This document shows positions 39,701-54,526 of a stretch of DNA of 64,000 nucleotides, one piece after another. This DNA is from Octopus bimaculoides. Taxonomy: Eukaryota. The notes under the pieces are model-generated. The model made no database searches. It saw only the letters and a program-made list of their open reading frames with translations, and had not been told where the DNA came from. Position numbers and translations under genes: made by a program. Where the stretch lies: NCBI RefSeq assembly GCF_001194135.2, contig NC_068982.1:97181524-97245523 (forward strand), given 5' to 3'. Position 1 is the stretch's first letter. Each line of letters opens with the position of its first letter.

Positions 39701-42700
39701 CTTGACTTCATATAAGAAAGTACTTCTACCCTTACTGTATATCAATTTTAGATTACTAACATCTAAAAATAAGATAGTGGAAGGAAGATGACCCATGATG
39801 ATGATGTTTGCAGGACCTATGGAAACTGGATATTCGGTTTGTTTGTAGCAAAAACATAGACAAAGTAATTCTAGAGGAATGTAGTTTTAGAAAAGATGGA
39901 TTGGGAAGGTAGGAAAGATTTTGACTGGTAACATTCAGATCAAACGACAAAAGTGTCGTAATTTTGCCTTTTTTTAGCTTTTCATTTATATTTGGTGTGG
40001 TTAGAGCTGAAAGTTCTCTCAAGATTAATTCATATTCTGTAATTTTCTTCAGAAATCACTTTGTAATGGTTATTAAACTCTACTGGAAAACAATGTTGAT
40101 AATTTTGTCAACATTATATGATCTGTTGCTGAAGGTAGCAAACTGGCAGAATTGTTAGCATGCTGGGCAAAATGCTTTACGTTTTGGGTTCAAATTCTGC
40201 TGAGGCCAACTTTGCCTTTCATCCGTTCGAGGTAGATAAATTAAGAACTTGTCAAGTTCTGGGGTTGATCTGATCGACTATCCCACTCCCTACAAATTCC
40301 AGGCATTGTGCCCATTGTAGAAAGGATTATATCGATCTCTTGGGAGTTAAATATATTATTTACTTGACAGTTACCAGATGAAGTGGAGTACTACTTACAT
40401 AAATGGGGTGCTGTTGCTATATACGCACTCACACATATGTACACATACACACTCACTAGCTCACATTCAACAGATTGCCAGTCATTAAACTGATTGGCAA
40501 TGACGCACTCACCTGCATGCAGCAACAACTTACTCACAAATAGGGTTTCTTCTCTCTTTCTATTGCTACTACAATGGCTTCTTTCCTGAACTATATGCCC
40601 CCATACCCTCTTGATCTAAGATCTTATAGTTCACCCATCTTTCTTCTTCCTATAACCTCCACTGATTCTTACCTCACAGGCTCTGAATTAGTCTCAGAGA
40701 AGGAAGAGTTAGCCAGGGTACTGCAGTCTTCAAGACCTATTTCAACTATATAATCCTCCCATTGCTTACAACAAGGAACTGTACTATTCTTTAAAACCTA
40801 TTTACATCTAGATGGGCTGGATTCTTGACAGTTGTATTTTGGTCAAATACTTAGTGTAGAACCAGTGCACAACACCTTCATTAGAACGTATTGTACCTCA
40901 CCCCAAACACATCTTACTATATCACATCAACCACCTTGTTATATCACATCAAACATCTTGCTATAACACATCAAACATCTTGCTATAGCACTGTATCTCA
41001 CATACTTAAGTAAAACTTGCACCAAAACACATTTTACTGCCTCATCACCGAACACACCTTGCTATGCTGTGTCTAGGGCACATTTATGCCCTTCTCAAAC
41101 ATAATAAACTATGTCTGAAGCAAGATAGATTTCTGAAAATTGGTTTAATTCTGCCATAACTCTAAACAAGAAAAAAGAGAAAATGCATTAAGGAAAAGGA
41201 AATGGCATATAAATACAAATAATTAACTAATTAAAAAAATACTAACTTTTGGAAGAAGATCCAAAAATGTAACTTTAGGAGTGGCATTAGACAATACTGC
41301 TTGAGCAATTACTTCAGTACCATCTTCTAGAACAACACCTCTAGCTCTGCTGTTCTCTATCAGAATGTTGCTGACAGGCTGGAATAAAATACAAGGGAGA
41401 TAACAGTGGGTTGACCTAAGAATGACTACTTCTTTTGATTAAGTACAACGTCGAGCTAGAGTCTATTGAAATGAAATAATTTATTACTCTATTGATACCT
41501 ACGAAATACAAAACTAGATGCATTACAATGAAGTATTCGATTTAGTACTCTACTGTCTTAGCTACTACAATTATATGAATAAAACCAAAAACGAAGCATT
41601 ATGGTTTGTCAATGAATAAGTGCAAGTGAATATAACCAATATATTAATCAAATAAATGTATAATGAAATAAATTTAGTTATATATTATTCTTGAAAGGGA
41701 TAAATGTTAATATACTTTTGTTTTATTAGCAAATAGTTTGGGAGCTTGAAGTGATAAAAGAAAAACTGAAGTTATTTGTGAAAAGTGTAACTGAATCCAT
41801 ATTTTTATTGGATAAAAATTAAACCATTTTCCCACTCTTATTTTATTCTGAGGTATCCTATGACTATTCCTCCTCCTCAACCCATGGACATTAGTATCTC
41901 AAGTCCCAGGAATCATAGGGCGAGTTACCTGGTTTCTATGGCATATATGAGGGGCTCCTGAAAAGTTCCTGGCTTTGGGTAAAAGAAAATACAGAAGGAT
42001 CAGTTAATTATGACTTCATTCGACATATTCCCCTCTCAGATTAACGCATTTATTGCAGCAGTCCTACAGTTTTTCTAAGCCCTGTAAAAAAAACTCAGAA
42101 GGTTTGGTTTCTAATCAGACCTTTCACAATGCCCTTAAAGCCAGGAACTTTACAGCACCCCATTGTGAGTAACCAAGATCAAAACATTCCCCCTGCACAG
42201 GATGCCAATCTGTCACAGGGTTTTATTTATTTACAGCCGAGTGGACTGGAGCAATGTGAAATGAAGTGTTTGGCTCAAGANNNNNNNNNNNNNNNNNNNN
42301 NNNNNNNNNNNNNNNNNNNNNNNNNNNNNNNNNNNNNNNNNNNNNNNNNNNNNNNNNNNNNNNNNNNNNNNNNNNNNNNNNNNNNNNNNNNNNNNNNNNN
42401 NNNNNNNNNNNNNNNNNNNNNNNNNNNNNNNNNNNNNNNNNNNNNNNNNNNNNNNNNNNNNNNNNNNNNNNNNNNNNNNNNNNNNNNNNNNNNNNNNNNN
42501 NNNNNNNNNNNNNNNNNNNNNNNNNNNNNNNNNNNNNNNNNNNNNNNNNNNNNNGGTACATTTTGTGGTTTTTAATGAATTTAACTATTGTTAATTCATA
42601 TATTCATCATCATCATCATCATTGTTTAATGTCCGCCTTCCATGCTAGCATGGGTTGGACGATTTGACTGAGGACTGGCGAACCAGAAGGCTGCACCAGG

Positions 42701-45700
42701 CTCTAATCTGATCTGGCAGAGTTTCTACAGCTGGATGCCCTTCCTAACGCCAACCACTCTGAGAGTGTAGTGGGTGCTTTTATGTGCCACCGGTAGTCAG
42801 GCTGTACTGGCAACGGCCACGCTCAAAATGGTGTATTTTACGTGCCACCTGCACAAGAGCCAGTCTGGCGGCACTGGCAACGACCTCGCTCGAATGTTTT
42901 TTCACATGCCACCGGCACAAGTGCTTATGTAAAAAGCCACTAGGTACCTCCACCACCAAAGGACTATGATATGAAATTTTCAGTTGACATTGCATCTCAG
43001 TTATGTGAGGGCTTTTCTTCTGGAAAGCACAGAACTGGGAGAAAAGCAAAATTAACTGAGATGGATGTCAACAGAGAAAATACTAACTTCCAATAGATTG
43101 CAATGAAATTTAGAAAGGTAGTGTTGATAATATACATTTTACAAATCTAATGATACATGAACATAAGTAAAGATAATACAGTATAATCTCACATTATGTC
43201 ATAAGATTGAAGAATATAATTACGTGTTATTTGGGTAGATTTTGAGATAATTTATTCAGTAGATATTCATACTGATAAAATTGAACTCTTTAGTTCACCT
43301 TTATCACATCTGAGATCAAGTATCATATATCAACAATACAAGCTATAAAACGACCATTTGATTAGTGGATATTATTTGATATTTTAATAATTTACTTCTA
43401 ATTCTCCATATTATAAAGAGTGGAGTATTTATTAACAGAGTAACAATTGTCACCTTGACTGTCCTTCATATCATTATCTTGTCATCTTTGAAACAGGATT
43501 TAACCATTTTGATATCAACCTGCTTGAGATTGTCTCTGATTCTGTTTTTAAACTCTTTGCATTTAAATTAAAACTTTTTATCATAATTTTATATAAGAAT
43601 CTTTCATTAAACTATGTTCCAAAAGCCAGTTTAATTATAATAATAAAAATGTTAATTTACTAAATCAGTCCTAATTCTTAATTATTTTCAAAATAGTCAC
43701 AAAAGGGTTGAACTACTTATCAGTCATACAAACTGAGGCAAATTGACTTATGCATTTGAATTTACGATTTAGTGAATAGTAATGCAGTACCCTAAACTCA
43801 CAGTAATCGTGTCATATATATTACTACAGATAGGAATATCTATTGGAAAATCAGAAAATTCATGGCTTGTTTCTGCAGTTGACACTGGAAGGTATCAATA
43901 TTCATCTGAGAAAGAACTAAATGTAAAAATCAAACAAAGATTAAGAATAATAAAAAAGCAATACCTTGTTTGTGAAAATGTCTACACCTTGGTCTGTGGC
44001 ACAATTAGCAATTGCCTGAGAGACTGAACCCATACCACCTTGGACATAACCCCAAGCACCCTTCACACCTTCCAGCTGACCCATCACATGATGCAGCAAT
44101 ACATATCTATAACAGTAAATACATTTTATATATCAACTCAAAATGACTTTTGCATTTCACATTGTATCTAATTATATTAAAGACACATAGGTATTGCAAA
44201 TTTTAGAAGTGATACTTGATAATTGTAAGCACCTGTATATGTCAGATAGTGGCTGAGGTGAGAGAATATATTAAAAACGTAAAATTAAAACAGAACACCA
44301 AGGATTCCGTGGTACGCGAGTTTCAAGCTTTATACACAAACCGTCGTTGCATCATTATATGAGTATATAATTGATAGACAGGATGGTTTAAAGCTATCTT
44401 CAGCCGCAAATATATTCCATCCCAAGATTACATCACAAAGAAGAAATCACAAAAATCCCTTTTTCTCTCTCCTGTTTTTCTCCCTTTTCTTTTTTCTTTG
44501 TGATTTTATTCTTTGTGATTTCTTCTTTGTGATGTAATCTTACGATGGAATATATTTGCGGCTGAAGATAGCTTTAAACCATCCTGTCTATCAATTATAT
44601 ACTCATATAATGATGCAACGACTGTTTGTGTATAAAGCTTGAAACACGTGTACCACAGAATCCTTTATGTTCTGTTTTAATTTTTATATTTAAAGACAAA
44701 TAAGTCTTAATGGCTCTGTTAACCTTGATGGTTCAACACTGTAAACAGTAAGAACATATGTATAATTGATGAGAGTCTTGTTGGCTACTAGTGATGCATA
44801 TATCAAATTTACCCACAAGTCAACCTTAGAACAAACAAGTGGTTTATATGAAGGAAGAAATGCCTTGCAATTGCTTAAAGCCATAAAAAATGAGATCAAC
44901 TTTAATGCGCAATCACATTTTCTAATAGCAGTAATGTAAGAAGAAGGAGATTGTTTTTACCATTTAAAAATGTCATATTGACCAAAAAGGCTTCAGCAGA
45001 CAAAAACGAATTATATAAAAAATTGTTTTCATGTATCTAAATCTGTTGTCAAAATTTTCTCTGTAACTAGGCAAAAAAATTATTCTGATTGTTGAGCGAA
45101 TTTTGAAAATGTAAGCCATTTGGCTACTGAATGGCATATAAATGTAAACAAAGTGTAAAGTCTATTGCTGTTATGACAGGTAAGATAGATTACTCTACCT
45201 TCTTTAGTGAATTTAAGTGAAAGACTGACTTCACAGTTCAGAGAGATATTTCAATAAGTGTTTAAAATGATACAGCTATTGATTTCTATGAGCTCTTTTG
45301 AATTGAGCATCTCCAGGTCAGTAGGACAGAACTTTGATTAACCAGCCACTACATTTCTGGAATGTAGGAATGGCCATTAACAACTAGTGATGGAATCTTT
45401 ATGTAGCTACTCAACATGTTGCTGTAGTTGTCAAACCTCTTTTTCCTTACACCACTTTAGCTAACTAGCGCTCCATCGGTTATGATGATGAGTATTCCAG
45501 TTGATCCACTCAATGAAATTAGCATGCGAATGACTGAGTACTCCACAGACACGTGTACCCTTAACATATTTCTCAGGGAGATTCAACATGACACAGAGTG
45601 TGACAAGGCTGGCCTCTTGGATTACAGGTAAAACTAAGTTTTTCCAGCTGAGTGGATTGGAACAAAATGAAATAAAGTGTCTTGCTCAAGGACACAATGC

Positions 45701-48700
45701 ACCATTAGGAATTGAACACATGACCTTACGATTGTGAGCAAATAACCCAACCACTAAGCCATGTGCCTTCACAACTAAGCCACATTATTTAAGAAAGGAA
45801 ATACAAATTTCAGTCCAATATACATTCCTCTGAAACCAAAGCAGAATGGATACAGCTTGAACATTGATTAAAAAACAAATTGTGATACATATCTATTAAA
45901 ACAAACCTGTCTCACTTGTTATGGTGTTTTTTCAGCTACCTTTGGTTTTGTTGAATAGAAATAACTAATGATGATAGGAATAAATGAAGCTATTGACTTA
46001 CCCACTACCTGAATGATAAGGACTGGTCATTGATCCAATCACGGCATCAGTTGCCAAACTGGCTTTCAGTGGTTCTGATTCAAACCATTTATTCAAAACC
46101 TGAAAGTATCAATGTCATCAAATAGTTGTGAGGCTGGTTTAAGAAGGAATGGTACAAGAAGATCAAGGCAGACCTAGTAATTTTAAATCACATAAAAACC
46201 TGAACTAGATAAATTAGGAGTAATTAAATAGAAATAAGGCAGTACTGGCATGGCCGTTGCCAGTACCGCCTGACTGGCCTTCGTGCCGGTCGCACGTAAA
46301 AGTATCCACTACACTCTCGGAGTGGTTAGCGTTAGGAAGGGCATCCAGCTGTAGAAACTCTGCCAGATCAGATTGGAGCCTGGTGTAGCCATCTGGTTTC
46401 ACCAGTCCTTAGTGAAATCGTCCAACTCATGCTAGCATGGAAAGCAGACGTTAAACGATGATAATGATGATGATGATGAAGTTAAGTGGTATATAGTAAA
46501 GAGAGATTGTGGAACAAATATATAAAGCAGAATTGATGCAATAAGTTTCGGACTGGGGGTTAATGATAGCTAGCGTACTGATATGTCAAGGTGTATTACG
46601 GGGTAAAGAAGTCAGAATACACATTTGGAAATTGATAAAAAAGAAAAAAGAAGACATGTTGATTGCTGAAGAGAGGATTATTCAATAAATCCTAATCCCT
46701 TCTCTGTGACTAACAATATGGCTTCTGTGGAATCATATCTATTTGAGACTTCTTTCCCTGTCACACATCAGTAGGCTCTTCTTATTCAGAACTTAGGTGA
46801 AATTTGCCAAAAACATCAACCCAGTTTGACATCAGCTCCTCCAAAGTTTCTGACAAATGGGTCTGTCAGAAACATTACATCATCACAGTTTATACTGAGG
46901 CTTTCTCTAACTCACATTCATTTAACGCTGGTAACACAATTCCTTTTGTGAAACAACTTCTTACAAATCTCTACACAATAGTATAATTTTCTATTTCCCT
47001 TTAACTTTCTATACAGGTCTTAAGCACTCCATAAAAGATATTCAATATTTCCATCAATAGAAGTATCAAAAATATTTTCTAGCAGGCAGGGACTTGCAAC
47101 CTAGTTTACTACAACAGACCTAAAACACTCACTCACATGTCAAGAAAACACTCTTGCAACATTGCACCACCTAACTTTAAACAACACAACTAAAACTCTC
47201 AAAGTTGCAACAAATGTGACATATTATTGTCTCTGGTAATTTACTATGGTAACCATATATGTGTTGGCACTCTGTCGCTTATGACGTTGAGGGTTCCAGT
47301 TGATCCGATCAATGGAACAGCCTGCTCGTGAAATTAACGTGCAAGTGGCTGAGCACTCCACAGACACGTGTACCCTTAACGTAGTTCTCAGGGATATTCA
47401 GCGTGACACAGTGTGACAAAGCTGACCCTTTGAATTACAGGCACAACAGAAACAGGAAATAAGAATGAGAGAAAGTTGTGGTGAAAGAGTACAGCAGGGT
47501 TCGCCACCATCCCCTGCCAGAGCCTCGTGGAGCTTTAGGAGTTTTCGCTCAATAAACACTCACAACGCCCGGTCTGGGAACCAAAACCGCGATCCTATGA
47601 CTGCGAGTCCGCTGCCCTAACCACTGGGCCATTGTGCCTCCACAGGTAACCATATATACAACATTATTAAATCAGCATCCTAAAGACTATGATACATCTT
47701 CAGAGCTAAGATGCACCTTAGCTCTGATCAGTAGCTAATCTTCTACAAAGCACAAGTAAGACTCCAATGTTTGCATATTGAGAACAGGGCTGTTCCACAC
47801 AATACAACATTCTGGAACATATATAAAAGAAGGTCATTTGATCGACTGGAGAAAACTAATTTACAATCAGACATGTTTTTCTATCCACATCCTCTGCCAC
47901 TACTTAAATAGTTTCTCCCCTTCTTAATTAACAAGCTTTGTCCCACCATTGCCTAATCCGTTGAATGCATCAATTCTTCTCCCCTCATTCACCATTCTGT
48001 GTATCCCAATCTTCCCCACAAACACTTTTACGAGTTATTTCTCCCAAAAACTGCAGACCTCTAAGAATGTTTTCTCAATCCATTGTTTTTCTATGGGCAT
48101 TAAACCTACGCAAATTGAAACTGAACATCAGTTGTATAGATTTCCCCAGTCTAGTGGACGTTTATGAGGGCCATTGGTACTTCAAACACACAGAGACACA
48201 CACAAAAAAAAAAAAAAAAAAAAAAAAAAGAAAAGAGACAATCACATTTTTTCAAACATGATAGAATCCATGTGGACAGTCCTCTTGGTTCTCAACATTT
48301 TCCAAACAGAAAATTTGTTGGACAAAAGAAAACAAAACATTGAGTGAAACTAACCTTGGAAGCAGGGGCTGTCATTAACTCAAGAAATGCTGTTTTATCA
48401 TGACTCAGTTGTTTTACTAAAAATAGAACAAAATGTTAACATTTCAAAGGAGAAAATATTTAGTGTAATTGTTAAAAAAAAAAGTTATTTGTTTGTGGCT
48501 GTGTGGTGAGAGGATTGCTTCCTAACCATAGGTTTCTGGGTTCAGTCCCACTATGAGGCACCTTGCGCTAGTGTATTCTATTTTGGCCCCAGGCCAACTA
48601 AAGCCTTGTGAATGGATTTGGAAAATGGAAACTGAAAGAAGCCTGTTGTATATATGTGTGTGTGTGTGTGTGTTTATGTTTGTTTTTATATCCCAACACA

Positions 48701-48923
48701 GCTTGACAACTACTGTTGGTTTGTTTATGTCCCTGTAACTTAGTGGTTCTGAAAAAAGATACCAACATAGTAAGTACCAGACTAAAAAAAAGCATTGAGA
48801 TCAATTTGTTCAACTAAAACCCTTTAAGGCAGTGCCCTAGCATGATCACAGTCTTTTAGTTTTTGTCTACCATGTATTTGTATTTGGTCATCTTGAGTTT
48901 TAGAAGCTACTTGTCAAATGTAT

Positions 48924-48990
<67 letters not shown>

Positions 48991-49672
48991 GACCAATTCA
49001 TGACTGTAGAATGGAGATATGCAAATTGATGTTTGATGATATTTATTTCTTTATTTCCCACAGGGGGCCAAACATAGAGGGGGCAAACAAGGACAGACAA
49101 AGGGATTAAGTCGATTACATCGACCCCAGTGTGTAACTGGTACTTAATTTATCGCCCCCGAAAGGATGAAAGGCAAAGTTGACCTTGGCGGAATTTGAAC
49201 TCAGAACGTAATGGCAGACGAAATACCGCTAAGCATTTCACCCGGCATACTAACGTTTCTGCCAGCTCGCCACCTTATCCTTGATGATATTGTCAGAGTA
49301 TAGAAAACCCCAACAGCATTCAATGTGCCACCATTATTTTCCCCTTACCCTTTTCTCTGCAAGCTGGCAGAATCATTAGCCTGCTGGCCTAAATACTTAG
49401 TAGCATTCTGTCTGTCTTTATGTTCTGAGTTCAAAGACTGCCAAGGTTGACTTGGCCTTTCATCTTTCTGGGGTTAATAAAATAAACACCAGTTGAACAA
49501 AAGGGTTCTGAAATAGCTGGCCTTGTGCCAAAATTTGAAATCAATAGAAAGCAATGTTTTATTGTAAGTAGTTTCGAGTTTTGGGCCTTGCATTTCTGAA
49601 CTGAAATGGTATTTGAACTCAGGTCAATATTTGTCTCTAAGTTAGAAATTATTATTAAACCCACTCTTATGA

Positions 49673-49709
<37 letters not shown>

Positions 49710-51451
49710 GTCTCTCTCTGTCTGTGTGTGTGTGTGTATGCATGTATGTGTGTATTTAGCATTCTTCTCTACAAAAGTGAAGTGGCCAATAACAACAAAG
49801 GTATTTTGACCATTATTTACATTTGACGGATATTTGTCCTCATCTTGTTTGTTGTTGACACAATGTTTTGGCTGATATACCCTCCAGCCTTCATCAGGTG
49901 TCTTGGGGAAATTTTGAACCTGGGTTCTCATTCCTAAGGTATTTTTCGATGTTATTGTTGTTGTTGTTATTATTATTATTATTATTATTAGCATCTAGTT
50001 GAGGCCAGCTTAACCTATTGTACTTCTGAAGCCAGTAAAATAATAAATCTCCTAAATACTGGTGTTGATATAATCAACTACCCTTTTTGAGGATTTGCCC
50101 CAGCATGGCCACAGACTAATGGGTGAAACTAGTAAAAGAATAACACAGACAACTTACTAGACTTTCCAAAAGAATTCAAGGATGACCATGATTCTATGTA
50201 TTTCTTAATCCCTCTTTCATTGAAACTTGGTAAATGTAGAGCAGGATTATCTAACAAAGGATCCAGAGAATCCACAATTCTTTGTAATTGCTCTTCATAT
50301 CTTTCAAATTTCTGAAATATTTGTAAATAAATATAAATGTGTATGTGTGTGTGTGTGTGTGATCACAGTATTATGCCTACGTTAGAAATGTTCGTGAAAT
50401 ATTGTTTTGTAAATGCTGATTGGAATTGAAGATGAAAAATAACTTCGTAATATAGATGCAAAAATTTGAATGAAGATGCATTTTATGAACCCTCCTTTAA
50501 TAATCTTTATTATTATGTTACATAGATTTATAAAACATATTTGGGTTTACAATAAATGAATTTATGATTCTTTACCTCAGCATCAGATTGAGAGAACTGA
50601 GCAATTTGCAGTTTATTAAGGTGGCTATCTCGTCCTAGTGTGAGAGATTTAGCTTTGGGATTTGAACTATTTGGCTGCAACAATGGTGTGTAAGAACTTG
50701 GATTTCTTAAAAAGATCTTTAACCCATATTTCTGGAAAAAGAAATGAAAGAATAAAGTTATATTTACATTAAAATTTGATGTTGTCTTCAGAAAATTTAT
50801 GAATGTACAGTTAAAAACCTCTTTATTTATAATCATATAAGATTGGTAAACTGTGGTTTTGAATATAGAGTGTAAAGAAGATTATGGACGTGATAATAGT
50901 TTCTTGGAAATAAACACCTTAATGTTTAAATAACTACACACTGTATTTATAAATACTGAAAGAAATGTTAAGTAAATTTAGAACAGGAGACCTGTTTTGT
51001 AAATATTGAACAGGATATGAAAATAACAACTCAGCACGAAGTGTTGCTATCTAATTTTTTGATATTATGTGATAGTGATACAGACTACCATTCTTAATTT
51101 CTTACATTTTCCTTTGGCTAGTCTTTCTCTGTGCTTGGTTATGTGCTACTATCTTTCTTCTTAGTTTCAAGTCACAGTGGTTTTGGCTGCTGTTACAACA
51201 ATTAAATTGTAGCAGTTTAGCTTGATAGCTGATTTATGCGAATTGTATGTTATAATGCATTATAGTGAAGCTGATGAAATGAAAATTGGCAATTTATTTG
51301 CACTAGATGACATTACAAAATCATTATTTTATCTCCATTCTTGATTATGCAATGCAGACATATGACATCAAAACATACACCTACCAAATCTAAATATATA
51401 TAAACTACATCTACATACCAGAACTAAACATACATAAACCACATATGCATG

Positions 51452-51531
<80 letters not shown>

Positions 51532-53478
51532 ATCAGACTGCCGGAAGGGAAGCTAGGAGACAGGTTTATTTAGCCAGAGGGGAAGCAGATAAGAAAAAAT
51601 TTGCCAATGTTCTGCACTGGGAGAACCAAAGACTTGAGGTATTTTGTGTTGCAAGACAGTGTGTGAGAGAGAATTGTGATGTCATAGGAGAGAATTATGT
51701 CCACATGAATGATGGTTCACTTGCATTAAACGAGGCTGCAAAGAGAGAGGTTTGGAGACGCCACTATGAAAGGTTGCTAAATAAAGAGAATGAATGGGAG
51801 AAAGAGAGTCTGCCAAATGCCGACCCAACAGAGGGACCAGCTATCTGAATTGACAGTACCTTGGTGAATAAAGCAATTAAGGGTATGAAGACAGGGAAAG
51901 TCCCCAGCCTATCAGGAATCACTGCAGAGATGCTCAAAATATCTGGCAATGTTGGCTATAGCCTAGTCACTCATATAGTCAGCCAGGTGATACAAGAAGG
52001 AGTCATACCCAATGACTGGTGTAGCAGCACTATAGTCAACTGCTACAAAGGTAAAGGTAATGTATTAGTTACAAATAATTACAGAGGTATCAAGTTGTTG
52101 GATCAGGTAAGGAAGGTCATGGAGAGGGTCATAGCGCAACAAATTAGGGAGAGAGTCAGCCTAGATGAGATGCAGTTTGGGTTCGTGCCAGGTAAAAGCA
52201 CCACTGATGCTATATTTCTGCTAAGACAGCTGCAGGAGAAATACCTAGCCAAAGATAAACCTCTGTACCTGGCTTTCATTGACATGGAGAAAGCCTTTGA
52301 CAGGGTCCCCCGATCCCTTATCTGGTGGTTAATAAGGAAACTAGGGATAGATGAATGGTTAGTGAGAGCTGTCCAAGCCATGTTCAGGGATGCTGTCAGT
52401 AAGGTGAAGGTTGGCAATGAGTACAGAATTCCGGGTAGGAGTCCACCAAGGATCAGTTCTCAGCCCCCTCTTATTCATCATAGTCGTCCAGGCAGTCATG
52501 CCAGTGGCATGTAAAAGCACACACTATACTCTTAGAGTGGCTGGTGTAAGGAAGGACACCGAGCTGTAGAAACTTTACCAGATGAGATTGGAGCCTGGTG
52601 CAGCCTTCTGGCTCACCAGTCCTCAGTTAAATCGTCCAACCCATGCCAGCATGCAAAGTAGACGTTAAACGATGATGATGATGATATATATATATATATA
52701 TATACATACACCATATCTATGCATAACAGTTAAACATATGCTTACAACATCTATGCACACATATATGTTATTTTGCAGAATGATATGTGAACTAAAACTC
52801 TAATGGATAGCATGCCTTTTTCAGTCTCCAGAAGATATTAATGTTACCTAGCTATAAAATGAGCTTCATATTTAACTTGTCTGTGTACATAATCAAGTAG
52901 TTGAAATAAAATGTGCAAATTCATTATTTTAAACTCTGAATCTTGCATTTAAAAAGTGATCAACCCACCTTCCCTTTTTTCAATTCTGTACAATCTTAGT
53001 TATGGTTGTAACACACAACTTCCAGTTGTTCATTTAAAACTCTCATTGCACAACCTAAATATGTTGCTTCCTAACATTGGTACAATGCCATACATTCTGG
53101 AGAAGGCATAGCTGATTAAATTTATCCCAGTAATTTATTTCATTGACTGAAAAGGACAAAAGGCACAGTTGTTCTCAGAAGGAATTGAAGTGAAGTCAAT
53201 ACAGGATGTAACGAAATATCACAATGAATGTCTAATGCTCTTACAGTTCTTGTAAACTCATTGCCTTTGAAGAAGCTAAATATATTAGTAATACAAATAT
53301 GTAGTTATTTTGTGTTTTGGTTGGATACATTGTCTATCCCAAATGACTTTTCTTTAGAAAAGATGTTGATGGAAACTGTGGACCCTAAGTAAGGTATGTG
53401 CAAAATTTGAATGAAATTGGTTGTGTAGTTCTGGAGTTTTAGGGATTCACACCGACACACACACAGATATACATTCTC

Positions 53479-53521
<43 letters not shown>

Positions 53522-54105
53522 TATACATGTGTATACGTATGTATGTATATGTGTGAGTGTCTGTGTTTGTCTCACTACTTCACAACTGTTGACAACAAGT
53601 GTTGGTTTATTTACATTCCTGAATGAAACTTAGTGGATCAGCAAAAAGAGGCTCGTAATATAAGTACCAGACTTCTACAAATGAATAAGAACTGGGGTTG
53701 ATTTGATCATATAAACCTTTCAAGGCAGTGCTCCAGCATGGCTGTGGTCCAATGAGTGAAACAAATAGAATACAAATGATATACCTTCAGTTCCAAATCT
53801 TTGTAAATCTGTGGCCGTAACAAACTCAGCAGATATGAAGCTCTGGAAAACTTGAATCCTAGAATGATTAGTAGGAATAGAATGAATTACATGGCTAGTT
53901 TGACATCAAATGTACATGGGGGTTACATAAAAGGACATTGAATTATATAATAATTGCTTGCTTTGATTAGAAACATAGTTATTTTTGTAAGGAGGAAGAT
54001 ATACCGACTGCAGACTTGATTTCATTAGATTAAGTAGGAATGACACACAAAATAAACTCCAATACTACTAAATTTACAACAACAGTGAGACAACAGACAA
54101 GGTAT

Positions 54106-54142
<37 letters not shown>

Positions 54143-54468
54143 CGGTGGTGGTGGTGGTAATAGTAGTAGTAGTAGTTGTAGTTGTTGTTATAGTTGCAAC
54201 AGCAGAGATATTTGTTTTGGTCTTCTGCACTCTGAGTTCCACCCCTGCCAAGGGTCAATAAATAAAGTCCAGTACTGGGACTGATTATACTATTCTATAT
54301 TTTTGAGATGAGAAATTATGTACATTATTTACAATGAACTGATAGGTGTCCTCATCTTGTTTGTTGTCATCACAACATTTTGGCTGATGTATTCTCCAGC
54401 CTTCATCAGGTGTTCTGGTGGAAATTCGAACTCAACACTTTATTTGACTACTGGGGTACACTGTTTTC

Positions 54469-54526
<58 letters not shown>

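Noticed and set aside
47590-47644. tRNA-like sequence
   Set aside because: It is the head of a TSD-flanked SINE, not a stand-alone tRNA gene.
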